Origin: an uncultured Fidelibacterota bacterium
GTDB taxonomy: Bacteria; Fidelibacterota; Marinisomatia; Marinisomatales; Marinisomataceae
NCBI GenBank assembly: GCA_902526795.1
Contig: CABZMF010000001.1
Coordinates: 280,733-344,732, forward strand
Length of the DNA: 64,000 nucleotides
Direction of reading: 5' to 3'
Below, piece after piece: positions 40,485-49,329 of this stretch (position 1 is its first letter; each line of letters opens with the position of its first letter). A model generated the notes under the pieces. It made no database searches and was not told the origin of the DNA. It saw only the letters and a program-made list of their open reading frames with translations. Position numbers and translations under genes: made by a program.

Positions 40485-42872
40485 TTACTCGCATTTAGAC
40501 CAACCGCAATCTTTACAAATTAAGCATCCACCTTCGTTAACAATACCATTTCCATCACACTCAGTGCAGTGCTGGCCATATTCTTTGGCTTGGCTAGTTC
40601 GCGTCAGAGGAGTTTCTTCAGCTATTTCAAACTGGCTTTTTTTTTTACTAGGAGGAGCATCGCCATTGACAAATGTTTCAAGCGCTCTTCCTATGGCATC
40701 AGGCGTTGACAGAATTAGTTGACCGTCTTCCCATGTAGGGTTTGGTCCGCTGATTCCTTTGAGCTGATTGATTATACTATTCGGATCCACGCCGGAACGC
40801 AATGCAAGAGATATTAATCTGCTTATTGCTTCCGTCTGTGCAGCAACTGTTCCACCTGCTTTACCTATTGCAGTAAACACTTCACAAAGGCCATTTTCAT
40901 CTTCATTTACAGTCACATATAAAGTACCATCCCCTGTTCTCATTCGTCTTGTTTTTCCTTCCGTAGTGGATGGACGTGTACGAGCAGTTTTCATTTCTTC
41001 GCTTTCGGAGGATTTTTCTTCGCCTTCAGATGACTTATCATCTGTTATTAGAATACCTTCTCTTGAACCCTCTCTGTACACAGTAATACCTTTGAGATCT
41101 GCCTTGTAGGCCGTCATGTATATGTCTGCTACTGTATTTACTGTTGTTTCCTCCGCAAGGTTTACTGTAGATGAAATTGAGCTATCGATATATTTCTGGA
41201 CAACTCCTTGCATTTTGACTCTAAAAAATGGATCAACATTGTGCGCTGTAACAACATATTTTGGTAAGTTTTCATCTGTTCCAAACATTTCTTTTACCAC
41301 AGGGTGATAAACGGTAAATGTATCAAACTCTTTTCCTAGGCTATCATTCTTTTTTACTTTTCTTTTGTATGATGTTGCAAAAATAGGTTCAACGCCAGAT
41401 GTTACTCTTGCGACAATTGCACCACTTCCTGTTGGGGCTACTGTTGTTAGAGTACAATTTCTGACTCCATGATTTTTAATTTTTGTTTGTAGTTTTTTTG
41501 GGAGATCTTGTACAAAAAGACTCTGTGAATATCCGTCCCAATCAAAATTTGGAAACTGGCCCTTTTCTTTTGCTAGTTCAACACTTGTTTCATATGCTGT
41601 GTCTCGGTGTATTTCCATAATTTTTCCGATAGTCTCAAGTGCTTCATCAGAATCATACTGTATCCCCATTTTAACAAGCATATCACCTAAGCCCAGTATT
41701 CCTAGGCCAACTCTTCTATCATTCTTGGCATTCTGTTTTTGTTCTTCAAGTGCATGTCGATCAAGATTATAATCAATCACATTATCTAAGAATCTGGCTC
41801 CAACCGCTGTAGTTTCTTTGAAATCATCGAAATCGAAATTTCCATTTTGATCTACAAATCTTTCTAAGTTTAATGCACCAAGGTTGCAGCATCCACCATC
41901 TGGTAATGGTTGCTCTGCGCATGGGTTAGTTGAAACTAGAGGACTGCAGTATTCTGCGTTATGATATTTTGTCATTGTATCCCAGAACAGCAAACCGGGC
42001 TCCGCGCTTGCGTGTGCATGTTCGATGATTTTCATCCATAGCTCTTTTGCTTTTACTGTTGTGTATACTTTTCCACCCCACTGTAGATCAAAGTCTGAAT
42101 CTGATTGAACTGCACTCATGAATTCGTCTGTTAATAAAACTGAAATATTAGAGTATTTAACCATATCAATATCACCGGTTTTAATCTCGATAAATTTTTC
42201 AATATCAGGATGATCAACTCTGAGGGTCTGCATATTGGCGCCTCTTCTGCCATGTTGTGCTATTGTGTTAGTGTTTTCACTAAAAAGATTCATAAAACCA
42301 ACAGGACCACAAGAATTTCCACCAGTCCCAAGAATCTCATCTCCACCTGGCCTCAGAATTGATAAATCATGACCACAGCCACCACCATATTTATAGGTCA
42401 TCGCTTCTTCAATGACACAATCATATATGGACTTAATAGAATCGGTTTTGATACCTACAACATAGCAATTGTTTAATGTTGTTGTGATATCTTCACGACC
42501 CGCACCGTGCATAATTCTTCCGCCAGGAACAAATTTAAAATTTTTCAATGCTTCGAAGAATGCTAACTCCCATTTCTTTTGTAGCTTAGGGGTTTTCTCA
42601 ACACTTGCTAATGCCTTTGCCTGACGATTCCATAGGTGCCATGGATGCTTTTCGCCTGGCGCTAAATATTTCATTTCAAGAACGCTTCGACCGAGGTCGT
42701 CTTCTTTATAATAATTCTCTACTGTATATTCTTTTGGACAACCTTCCTCGTTTGTATTGGTATCGATAGATTCCTTGATGTTAAAACCCAAAATTTGATT
42801 CTTGAGATCAGAATCAATCTTCGGATTTTTTTCTGTTTCATTTGGAAAGTTTATTTCAATTGCTTCCGCCAT
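40485..42872 (-). CDS. nrdJ: Class II (adenosylcobalamin-dependent) ribonucleotide reductase
   Basis: 'STNPCAEQPLPDGGCCNLGALNL' carries the active-site Cys/Glu context. The C-terminal Cys-rich tail is 'CTECDGNG...CLICKDCGWSKCE'. Confidence 0.9.
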   Translation of the reverse strand: MAEAIEINFPNETEKNPKIDSDLKNQILGFNIKESIDTNTNEEGCPKEYTVENYYKEDDLGRSVLEMKYLAPGEKHPWHLWNRQAKALASVEKTPKLQKKWELAFFEALKNFKFVPGGRIMHGAGREDITTTLNNCYVVGIKTDSIKSIYDCVIEEAMTYKYGGGCGHDLSILRPGGDEILGTGGNSCGPVGFMNLFSENTNTIAQHGRRGANMQTLRVDHPDIEKFIEIKTGDIDMVKYSNISVLLTDEFMSAVQSDSDFDLQWGGKVYTTVKAKELWMKIIEHAHASAEPGLLFWDTMTKYHNAEYCSPLVSTNPCAEQPLPDGGCCNLGALNLERFVDQNGNFDFDDFKETTAVGARFLDNVIDYNLDRHALEEQKQNAKNDRRVGLGILGLGDMLVKMGIQYDSDEALETIGKIMEIHRDTAYETSVELAKEKGQFPNFDWDGYSQSLFVQDLPKKLQTKIKNHGVRNCTLTTVAPTGSGAIVARVTSGVEPIFATSYKRKVKKNDSLGKEFDTFTVYHPVVKEMFGTDENLPKYVVTAHNVDPFFRVKMQGVVQKYIDSSISSTVNLAEETTVNTVADIYMTAYKADLKGITVYREGSREGILITDDKSSEGEEKSSESEEMKTARTRPSTTEGKTRRMRTGDGTLYVTVNEDENGLCEVFTAIGKAGGTVAAQTEAISRLISLALRSGVDPNSIINQLKGISGPNPTWEDGQLILSTPDAIGRALETFVNGDAPPSKKKSQFEIAEETPLTRTSQAKEYGQHCTECDGNGIVNEGGCLICKDCGWSKCE

Positions 42873-42997
42873 AATTCTTATTTTTCATACCCCTGTTACG
42901 TTAATATATATCGGTGTCTACAGACACAATTCTCCAAAAGAGATTATTTTTTTTGCAAATACGTAGCTTCCGAAAAGCTAATTGGCTGGCTTTTCAA

Positions 42998-43025
42998 ATT
43001 ATTTAATTTTTTTTATCTTAGTCAA
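42998..43025 (-). promoter_or_regulatory. Putative nrdJ promoter
   Basis: On the minus strand, TTGACT, then 16 nt, then AATAAT. This predicts a leader of about 115-120 nt. Confidence 0.3.
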
Positions 43026-43142
43026 GTGTAAAAATGAAAAATCTTATTTTTTTTATAAATATGGTGCATAACACAAGAAAAGGCGATATAGTTACAAAAT
43101 TATGCCTACTTGTTTTGAATTGTTTTCTGTGGTAATATTTGG

Positions 43143-43151
43143 TGCTATAAT
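43143..43151 (+). promoter_or_regulatory. Extended -10 element (TGcTATAAT) 6 nt upstream of the oxidoreductase ATG
   Basis: TGCTATAAT-gtataa-ATG with no SD. The geometry predicts a leaderless or near-leaderless mRNA. Confidence 0.35.
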
Positions 43152-43157
43152 GTATAA

Positions 43158-46100
43158 ATGACAGATATACAATTGAAAAGTAAATTCACCTTAAACGACA
43201 AGTATACCCTTCTGGAGGGTAGGATAATACTATCTGGTATTCAAGCTCTCGTACGCCTTCTGCTTGATCAAAATAGATCAGACCTAATTAAAGGGTTAAA
43301 TACAGGGACCTTAGTTTCAGGGTATCGTGGATCACCAGTGGGTGTTTTGGATATCAATCTTGTTCGAAACAAAAAATTATTAGACCAACACAACATAAAT
43401 TTTATACCTGGCGTAAATGAAGATCTTGGTGCCACTCTAATATATGGTAGTCAAATGGCAGGTATGGTTTCAAATGTCAAATATGATGGAGTACTGGGTA
43501 TGTGGTATGGAAAAGCCCCTGGAGTAGATAGATCCGGAGATATATTCAGACATGCCAATTTTTTAGGTGTTGGAAAAAATGGTGGAGTTTTGGCTGTTGC
43601 TGGGGATGATCCGTCATGTAAATCGTCAACGCTTCCTTCTCAGTCTGAGCCAGCATTATTTGATGCAATGATGCCAATTTTTTATCCAGGAAATGTCCAA
43701 GAAATTTTAGATTTAGGAAGATACGCATATGAAATGTCACGTTATTCAGGCTTATGGTCTGGCTTTAAAATTGTTACTGATATTGCAGATGCATTTGGAA
43801 GTGCAATTGTGCACCCCGAAAGAATAAATATAAATATTCCTAATTTTGAATATAATGGTGAACCTTGGAAGCATACTCAGAATGCTAAATTAGTTGGACA
43901 TCATAGTTTACCAACAGAAAAGGAAATCCACCTTGGAAGAATAAAAGCTGCTAAACAATTTTTAGCTTCAAATAACATAAATAAAATAACTATTAAGTCT
44001 GAAAAAGATTCTATAGGAATCATCACTGCTGGAAAGACTTATTATGATCTTGTAGAGGCTCTTGACTCTCTCGGCTGGCATGAAAATTTCTTAAATGAAA
44101 AAGGAATTAGAGTATTAAAACTTGGAGCAACCTTTCCAGTTGATAGTCATATAATTAACAAATTTTCCAAAAGTTTGAATGAAATTTTTGTAATTGAAGA
44201 AAAAAGATCATTCATTGAAATGTTAGTAAAAGAGGAGGTTTACAATTATCCAAATAAACCATTAATAATTGGAAAAAATGATGAAAATAACCAATCTTTA
44301 GTACCTGGATATGGAGAACTTACTGCAGACGATTTATCAAAAATTATTTTCAATAGATATTCATCAAGGTTAGGGGTTGAATCAGATAATAATAAAATAA
44401 AAATCATTTCAGAGGTGGATAAAAGAATATATGGTGAATCGTTAACTTCTAGATCTATGTATTTTTGTTCTGGATGCCCGCACAATACTTCAACAGTTAA
44501 GTTACCTGAAGGCGATTCAGCATTTGGAGGTATTGGCTGTCATTTGATGGCTATGTTTGTTGATGATGGTAAAGCTTTTGGAACGACACATATGGGAGGT
44601 GAAGGTGCCCAATGGGCTGGAATGGAGCCATTTATTGAAAAAGAACATATGTTCCAAAATATTGGTGATGGTACATTTTTTCACTCTGGTTCTTTAGCAT
44701 TAAGACAAGCAATTGCAACAAATTCTCATATAACTTATAAAATATTATATAATCGTGCTGTTGCGATGACAGGCGCACAAGATCCAGATGGAGCCCTAGA
44801 TTTACCAGAATTGACAAAATACCTTAAATCACAGGGAGTTAGAAAAGTAATTATTACTACAGATGATACTTCTGCATATAATTCTATTGAAAAATCTAGA
44901 TGGGATAAAGATATTGAAATTTTACATAGAGATAAAATTGTTGAAGCTCAAAATAAATTGAAAGCAATTAAAGGTGTTACTGTCTTAATCCATGATCAAT
45001 CTTGTGCTGCCAATCTAAGAAGATTGAGAAAAAGAGGATTAGTTCATGAACCAAAAAAGAGAATTTTTATAAATGAGGCAGTCTGTGAAGGTTGTGGAGA
45101 TTGCGGAGTTAAATCTAATTGTCTAAGTGTTCAACCTATAAAGACTGAATATGGAAGAAAAACCCAAATTGATCAGCCTTCATGCAACAAGGATTATTCA
45201 TGCGTTGAAGGAAATTGTCCGTCTTTCATACAAGTTATTCCTTCAGAAAATGATGATAAAAGAAGATTACCAGAAATAGGATTTAATGCCTCTACTATTC
45301 CAAATCCAACTAAAATTCAAAAAGACGTTACAAATATTTTCATGCTTGGGATCGGAGGAACTGGTGTTGTAACAGTAAATCAAATAATATCTACAGCAGC
45401 ATTTATTGAAAATAAGAAAGTTATTGCGCTTGATCAAACAGGTTTGAGTCAAAAAGGTGGATCTGTAGTTTCACATTTAAAAATTGTAAAAAACGATAAA
45501 GAGTTTTCTAGTAGAGTAGCTAATGGTGAATCTGATGCATACTTGGTTTTTGACCTTTTAACGGGCGTTAACCCAAAAAATATGGCAAAATTAAGTGCAA
45601 AAAATTCTACCTCAGTTATTTCCACTTCTGAGATTCCCACTGGGGATATGGTTAGGTCAACAGCTGAGGAATATCCTGAGACGTCATTTATGATAGATTT
45701 AATTAGAGAATACTCAAAAAATAATACTTTATTGAACGCAACAGAGTTATCTGAACATTTCTTTGGAAGTAATATGCAAGCAAATTTTATTATTATTGGT
45801 GCAGCTTTTCAATCTGGTTGCATTCCAATCTCAAGTGAATCTATTGAAAAGGCTATTGAAATTAATGGTGTTGCAGTAAAGCAAAATACTGATGCATTTA
45901 ACATTGGAAGAAAAGTTGTTGCAGATCCTCATTGGATAAACACAATTGATCTTTATAGATCAGGAAGTTTAGCTTCAAAGCCAAATCTTTCTTCAAAAGC
46001 AATAAGTCTTATAGACTCAATTTCCCCAGATAAAGAATTAAAAAGAATTCTTGAACACAGGACTCAAGAGTTAATTGAATACCAAAACTTATCTTATGCT

Positions 46101-46679
46101 AAGGAGTACATAACTTTTATTGATAACGTTTACAAGAAGGAGCAAAATTTAAGATCTAATTCAGAGCTTACTCAAAATGTAGCAAGGTATTTATATAAAC
46201 TTATGGCAACAAAAGACGAATATGAAGTGGCAAGGTTATCTCTAAAAGCTGAGCTTGACACAGCCATAAGCCAAGAATTTGGTAAGTCTGCAAAAATTAA
46301 TTATATGCTTCATCCACCATTTTTAAAAGCAATGGAGAATATACCAATTTTAAATAAGCTTCCAGGAGTCAAATCAAAATTAGCACTCGGTTCATGGTTT
46401 AAAGTTTTCTATATAATCCTTAAAAATATGAAGTTTCTCAGAGGAACACCATTTGATTTTATGGCATGGTTTAGTAGAGATGTTAGAAAAGCAGATTCTA
46501 AAGCACTAAGACACTATAAATCTACTATTACTAATAACTTAAATGAAATAGGAAATGGTAAATACCAAAATCTTAAAGATTTCTCTGTTCTACCTGACAT
46601 TATTAGAGGATATGAGGAGGTAAGGTTGGAAACTATGACGGAATATTATCAAAAATCTGAAAATATTTTCAAGTCTTAG
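43158..46679 (+). CDS. Indolepyruvate/2-oxoacid:ferredoxin oxidoreductase family protein (fused alpha-beta, about 1170 aa)
   Basis: The N-terminus 'LNDKYTLLEGRIILSGIQALVRL', the TPP region 'GIGCH...GDGTFFHSG' and the ferredoxin-like 'CEGCGDCGVKSNC' are present. Confidence 0.88.
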   Translation: MTDIQLKSKFTLNDKYTLLEGRIILSGIQALVRLLLDQNRSDLIKGLNTGTLVSGYRGSPVGVLDINLVRNKKLLDQHNINFIPGVNEDLGATLIYGSQMAGMVSNVKYDGVLGMWYGKAPGVDRSGDIFRHANFLGVGKNGGVLAVAGDDPSCKSSTLPSQSEPALFDAMMPIFYPGNVQEILDLGRYAYEMSRYSGLWSGFKIVTDIADAFGSAIVHPERININIPNFEYNGEPWKHTQNAKLVGHHSLPTEKEIHLGRIKAAKQFLASNNINKITIKSEKDSIGIITAGKTYYDLVEALDSLGWHENFLNEKGIRVLKLGATFPVDSHIINKFSKSLNEIFVIEEKRSFIEMLVKEEVYNYPNKPLIIGKNDENNQSLVPGYGELTADDLSKIIFNRYSSRLGVESDNNKIKIISEVDKRIYGESLTSRSMYFCSGCPHNTSTVKLPEGDSAFGGIGCHLMAMFVDDGKAFGTTHMGGEGAQWAGMEPFIEKEHMFQNIGDGTFFHSGSLALRQAIATNSHITYKILYNRAVAMTGAQDPDGALDLPELTKYLKSQGVRKVIITTDDTSAYNSIEKSRWDKDIEILHRDKIVEAQNKLKAIKGVTVLIHDQSCAANLRRLRKRGLVHEPKKRIFINEAVCEGCGDCGVKSNCLSVQPIKTEYGRKTQIDQPSCNKDYSCVEGNCPSFIQVIPSENDDKRRLPEIGFNASTIPNPTKIQKDVTNIFMLGIGGTGVVTVNQIISTAAFIENKKVIALDQTGLSQKGGSVVSHLKIVKNDKEFSSRVANGESDAYLVFDLLTGVNPKNMAKLSAKNSTSVISTSEIPTGDMVRSTAEEYPETSFMIDLIREYSKNNTLLNATELSEHFFGSNMQANFIIIGAAFQSGCIPISSESIEKAIEINGVAVKQNTDAFNIGRKVVADPHWINTIDLYRSGSLASKPNLSSKAISLIDSISPDKELKRILEHRTQELIEYQNLSYAKEYITFIDNVYKKEQNLRSNSELTQNVARYLYKLMATKDEYEVARLSLKAELDTAISQEFGKSAKINYMLHPPFLKAMENIPILNKLPGVKSKLALGSWFKVFYIILKNMKFLRGTPFDFMAWFSRDVRKADSKALRHYKSTITNNLNEIGNGKYQNLKDFSVLPDIIRGYEEVRLETMTEYYQKSENIFKS

Positions 46680-46738
46680 AAATTTAATACTATTTTAACT
46701 TATACAAACTTATATTAGATAAACTTATAAGACAAGAA

Positions 46739-49321
46739 ATGTACATGCTAAAAAAACTATTTGTAGTACTTTTGTGTGTTGGTATATCATTTGCTCAACA
46801 TAACCACAGTCATCATAACCATAGCCTTTCTCATAATGAACATGGAGAAGAATATATCAGATGTGCAACAGATGAGCTAGAGCAAGAATTACAGCTTTTA
46901 AGACCAGAGTTTATTGCAGAACGTGACGCACAAATTGAAAAAGCAAGAAAGCTTTTGAGAGAAAACCCTCAATGGAGAACCGATAGCAGTACACAAAATA
47001 CAATATATGTGCCTGTGGTTTTTCATGTTTTATATTTTAATAATGGAGATAATACTTCAGCTTCTCAAATTGGCGCAAATTTTGACCAAATTAATTTAGA
47101 CTTTCAAAATATAAATCCTGATGGCGATGAAATTCCATCAGCCCCAAATCCAAGTGATGCACCCTTCGATCCAGGCATTGATTATAGCCATCAAGCTGTT
47201 AGAGGAACTCACAATGTTGTTTTTGTCGGAGCAGCAGGAGAGACTACGGGAAGTCAACTAATTGAAGGTACTACAATTTTAAGATACCAAATAAATCAAT
47301 CCAGTGTAGGTGGTGTTAGTGATGCGAGCAGTATTGCAGGAAGTACCACTCCTGACCAAAGTTCATGGCCTGGAGGTTCCGGAGGATATAAAAATGGTTA
47401 TCTTAATATTTACCTTGCACCATTAACCGGTGGATTGTTGGGTCAAGCTTATCTTGGTTTTCCTGAGTCTGTTGTTCTTAACGATAGTGTTGGTTCAGTT
47501 GAAAGTCCTGGTACAGCTGGAGGATACAATAGAGGAAGAACTTTAACTCATGAGTTAGGTCATAATTTTACATTTAATCATATTTTTAATTCTAACAACT
47601 GTGGAAATCAACTTTGGAGTGATATCCCTGCTCAATATGTTAACAATCGTGGCGCTAATATCTATGAATGGCCTACTGGAAGTGGAAATTTTTATGGGAG
47701 AGAAGCTGAAAACAGTTGTATTTCTACAAGTGGTAAAGGCGACCAATTTATGAACTACATGGACTATGTATATGATGACCAAATGAGAATGTTTTCTGAG
47801 CAGCAAGCATTAGATGGATATGCATGGGCACAATCAAGAAACTGGGCTCAAGTTGTAAGTGGTGTTAGTACTCAGATTTCATCAAGTGTTTCCTATGCAA
47901 CCTCTGATGATGGGTTTACCGTTGATGTAAACTTTGGAGAACAGGTTTCAGGGTTTACGCAAGATGATTTAGTATTAACTAATGCAATAGTTACAAATTT
48001 CAATGATGCAGATGGAACTAATTTTAGTTTTGATGTAGAAGCTATTGTAGATGGTGAAGTAAAAGTATCAATTGCAGCAAACAGTTGTGTTGGTGTTGAT
48101 TCTGGAAATAGTAATTTTGAATCAAATGAAGTTGTTGTAATTGTAGACAGGGTAGCACCAATAGCTGGATCATTATCAATTGATAATATCCAGGATTCAC
48201 AATATATAACAAAGGCTCCGTCTTTAAACATTTCATTAAATGACTTCACTGATGCTACTAGTGGAGTTGGATTGTATTATGTTTCTGTAGGGCTATCTCC
48301 TCAAGGGCAGGAAATTTTACCATTCACAGCATATTCAGACTCTGGAATAAATTTAAATAATTTAGGTTTGCTTGATTATCAACAATACTATGTTAATGTC
48401 TATGCTCAAGATTTGGTTGGTTTAAATTCTTCGACAGTCAGTTCAACATTTTATTACTTTGGTACTTTACTCGGAGATACGAATAATGACTGGATAATTG
48501 ATTTTGAAGATTATGCAAGTTTCATTTCAAATTTTCCAGGAGTTGATATTGCTCCTGTAACCGGAAGTGCACCATATTTCTTCCCGAACTTTGATGGAGT
48601 TTCTGATGCAAATGATTTAGCAATGTTTGAATCAATGTGGAATTGGTCAATATCTGAAAATGGCAGAACAGTACCAAATTATACAGTTCAAGGCACAGCT
48701 CCATATTTGAGAATATTAAATGGGCAATTAATCGTTAGGTTCCCGCTGGCTGCATCAACAGCTCAGTTTTATTTTGAATACGACACTGAAAAATATTTGA
48801 TTGACTATTTATCAAGTAACCTAAGTAGTAATGTTGTTTTAAGTGCAAATAGTCAAGAGGATGGAATAATTCAAGTTGAAGCAGCAGACTATCGAACTGA
48901 TAGAACAAGTCCATTGGAGATGGCGTTTAGTTTCCAAAACTTGACAGATAACTATGAGTTTATGAGAGTTAGTTATTCTTCATATAGTAAGTCCAATCTT
49001 CTTGTATCTGAAGGATATAACTTAATTCAAACTGCACCATCAACATATCGTTTGTCTCAAAGTTACCCTAATCCATTCACTGAAGGTGGTACAACTATTG
49101 AATTTGATATGCCAGTTACTGAGCAAATTACAATGGTAATACTTGATGTTAGAGGAAGAGTTGTGAGAACATTAATTAAAAATGAGCAGCGATTTGGTTA
49201 TCAATCTGTAGTTTGGGATGCTAAAAATGATGATGGTGATAAAGTTAGTAGTGGTGTCTATTTTTATCAGATAAGATCTAACAACTTTAATGCTGTTGGC
49301 AAACTTGTATTTGTTAAGTAG
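46739..49321 (+). CDS. Secreted multidomain zinc metalloprotease (M43/pappalysin-cytophagalysin-like) with a T9SS-type C-terminal sorting domain
   Basis: It has a signal peptide, a His-rich 'HNHSHHNHSLSHNEH' stretch, the zinc site 'HELGHNFTFNH' with 'QFMNYMDY', a dockerin-like 'GDTNNDWIIDFEDY' and the C-terminal 'YPNPFTEGGTTIEF...SGVYFYQI...KLVFVK'. Confidence 0.8.
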   Translation: MYMLKKLFVVLLCVGISFAQHNHSHHNHSLSHNEHGEEYIRCATDELEQELQLLRPEFIAERDAQIEKARKLLRENPQWRTDSSTQNTIYVPVVFHVLYFNNGDNTSASQIGANFDQINLDFQNINPDGDEIPSAPNPSDAPFDPGIDYSHQAVRGTHNVVFVGAAGETTGSQLIEGTTILRYQINQSSVGGVSDASSIAGSTTPDQSSWPGGSGGYKNGYLNIYLAPLTGGLLGQAYLGFPESVVLNDSVGSVESPGTAGGYNRGRTLTHELGHNFTFNHIFNSNNCGNQLWSDIPAQYVNNRGANIYEWPTGSGNFYGREAENSCISTSGKGDQFMNYMDYVYDDQMRMFSEQQALDGYAWAQSRNWAQVVSGVSTQISSSVSYATSDDGFTVDVNFGEQVSGFTQDDLVLTNAIVTNFNDADGTNFSFDVEAIVDGEVKVSIAANSCVGVDSGNSNFESNEVVVIVDRVAPIAGSLSIDNIQDSQYITKAPSLNISLNDFTDATSGVGLYYVSVGLSPQGQEILPFTAYSDSGINLNNLGLLDYQQYYVNVYAQDLVGLNSSTVSSTFYYFGTLLGDTNNDWIIDFEDYASFISNFPGVDIAPVTGSAPYFFPNFDGVSDANDLAMFESMWNWSISENGRTVPNYTVQGTAPYLRILNGQLIVRFPLAASTAQFYFEYDTEKYLIDYLSSNLSSNVVLSANSQEDGIIQVEAADYRTDRTSPLEMAFSFQNLTDNYEFMRVSYSSYSKSNLLVSEGYNLIQTAPSTYRLSQSYPNPFTEGGTTIEFDMPVTEQITMVILDVRGRVVRTLIKNEQRFGYQSVVWDAKNDDGDKVSSGVYFYQIRSNNFNAVGKLVFVK

Positions 49322-49329
49322 ATTACTTA

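Noticed and set aside
40485-42872. Apparently higher GC content of nrdJ, and of the receptor and PR genes, as evidence of horizontal transfer.
   Set aside because: I cannot compute composition reliably by eye. The enrichment can be explained by amino-acid composition (Gly/Ala/Thr-rich, highly conserved proteins) and by expression-linked codon choice.
42795-43031. A 78-aa + strand ORF spanning the nrdJ start and the divergent intergenic region.
   Set aside because: It overlaps the nrdJ N-terminus and promoter/leader region. It has no SD, and its sequence is odd, Phe/Cys/Tyr-rich and without similarity to anything I recognise. It is more likely non-coding.
42873-43157. NrdR boxes or a cobalamin riboswitch upstream of nrdJ.
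   Set aside because: Only half-site-like fragments are present on the minus strand (CACCATATTTAT and ACACCGATATATAT), with no full ACAC-N8-GTGT palindromes in tandem. I could not see a B12-box-like element. Absence cannot be proven without an Rfam/PWM scan.
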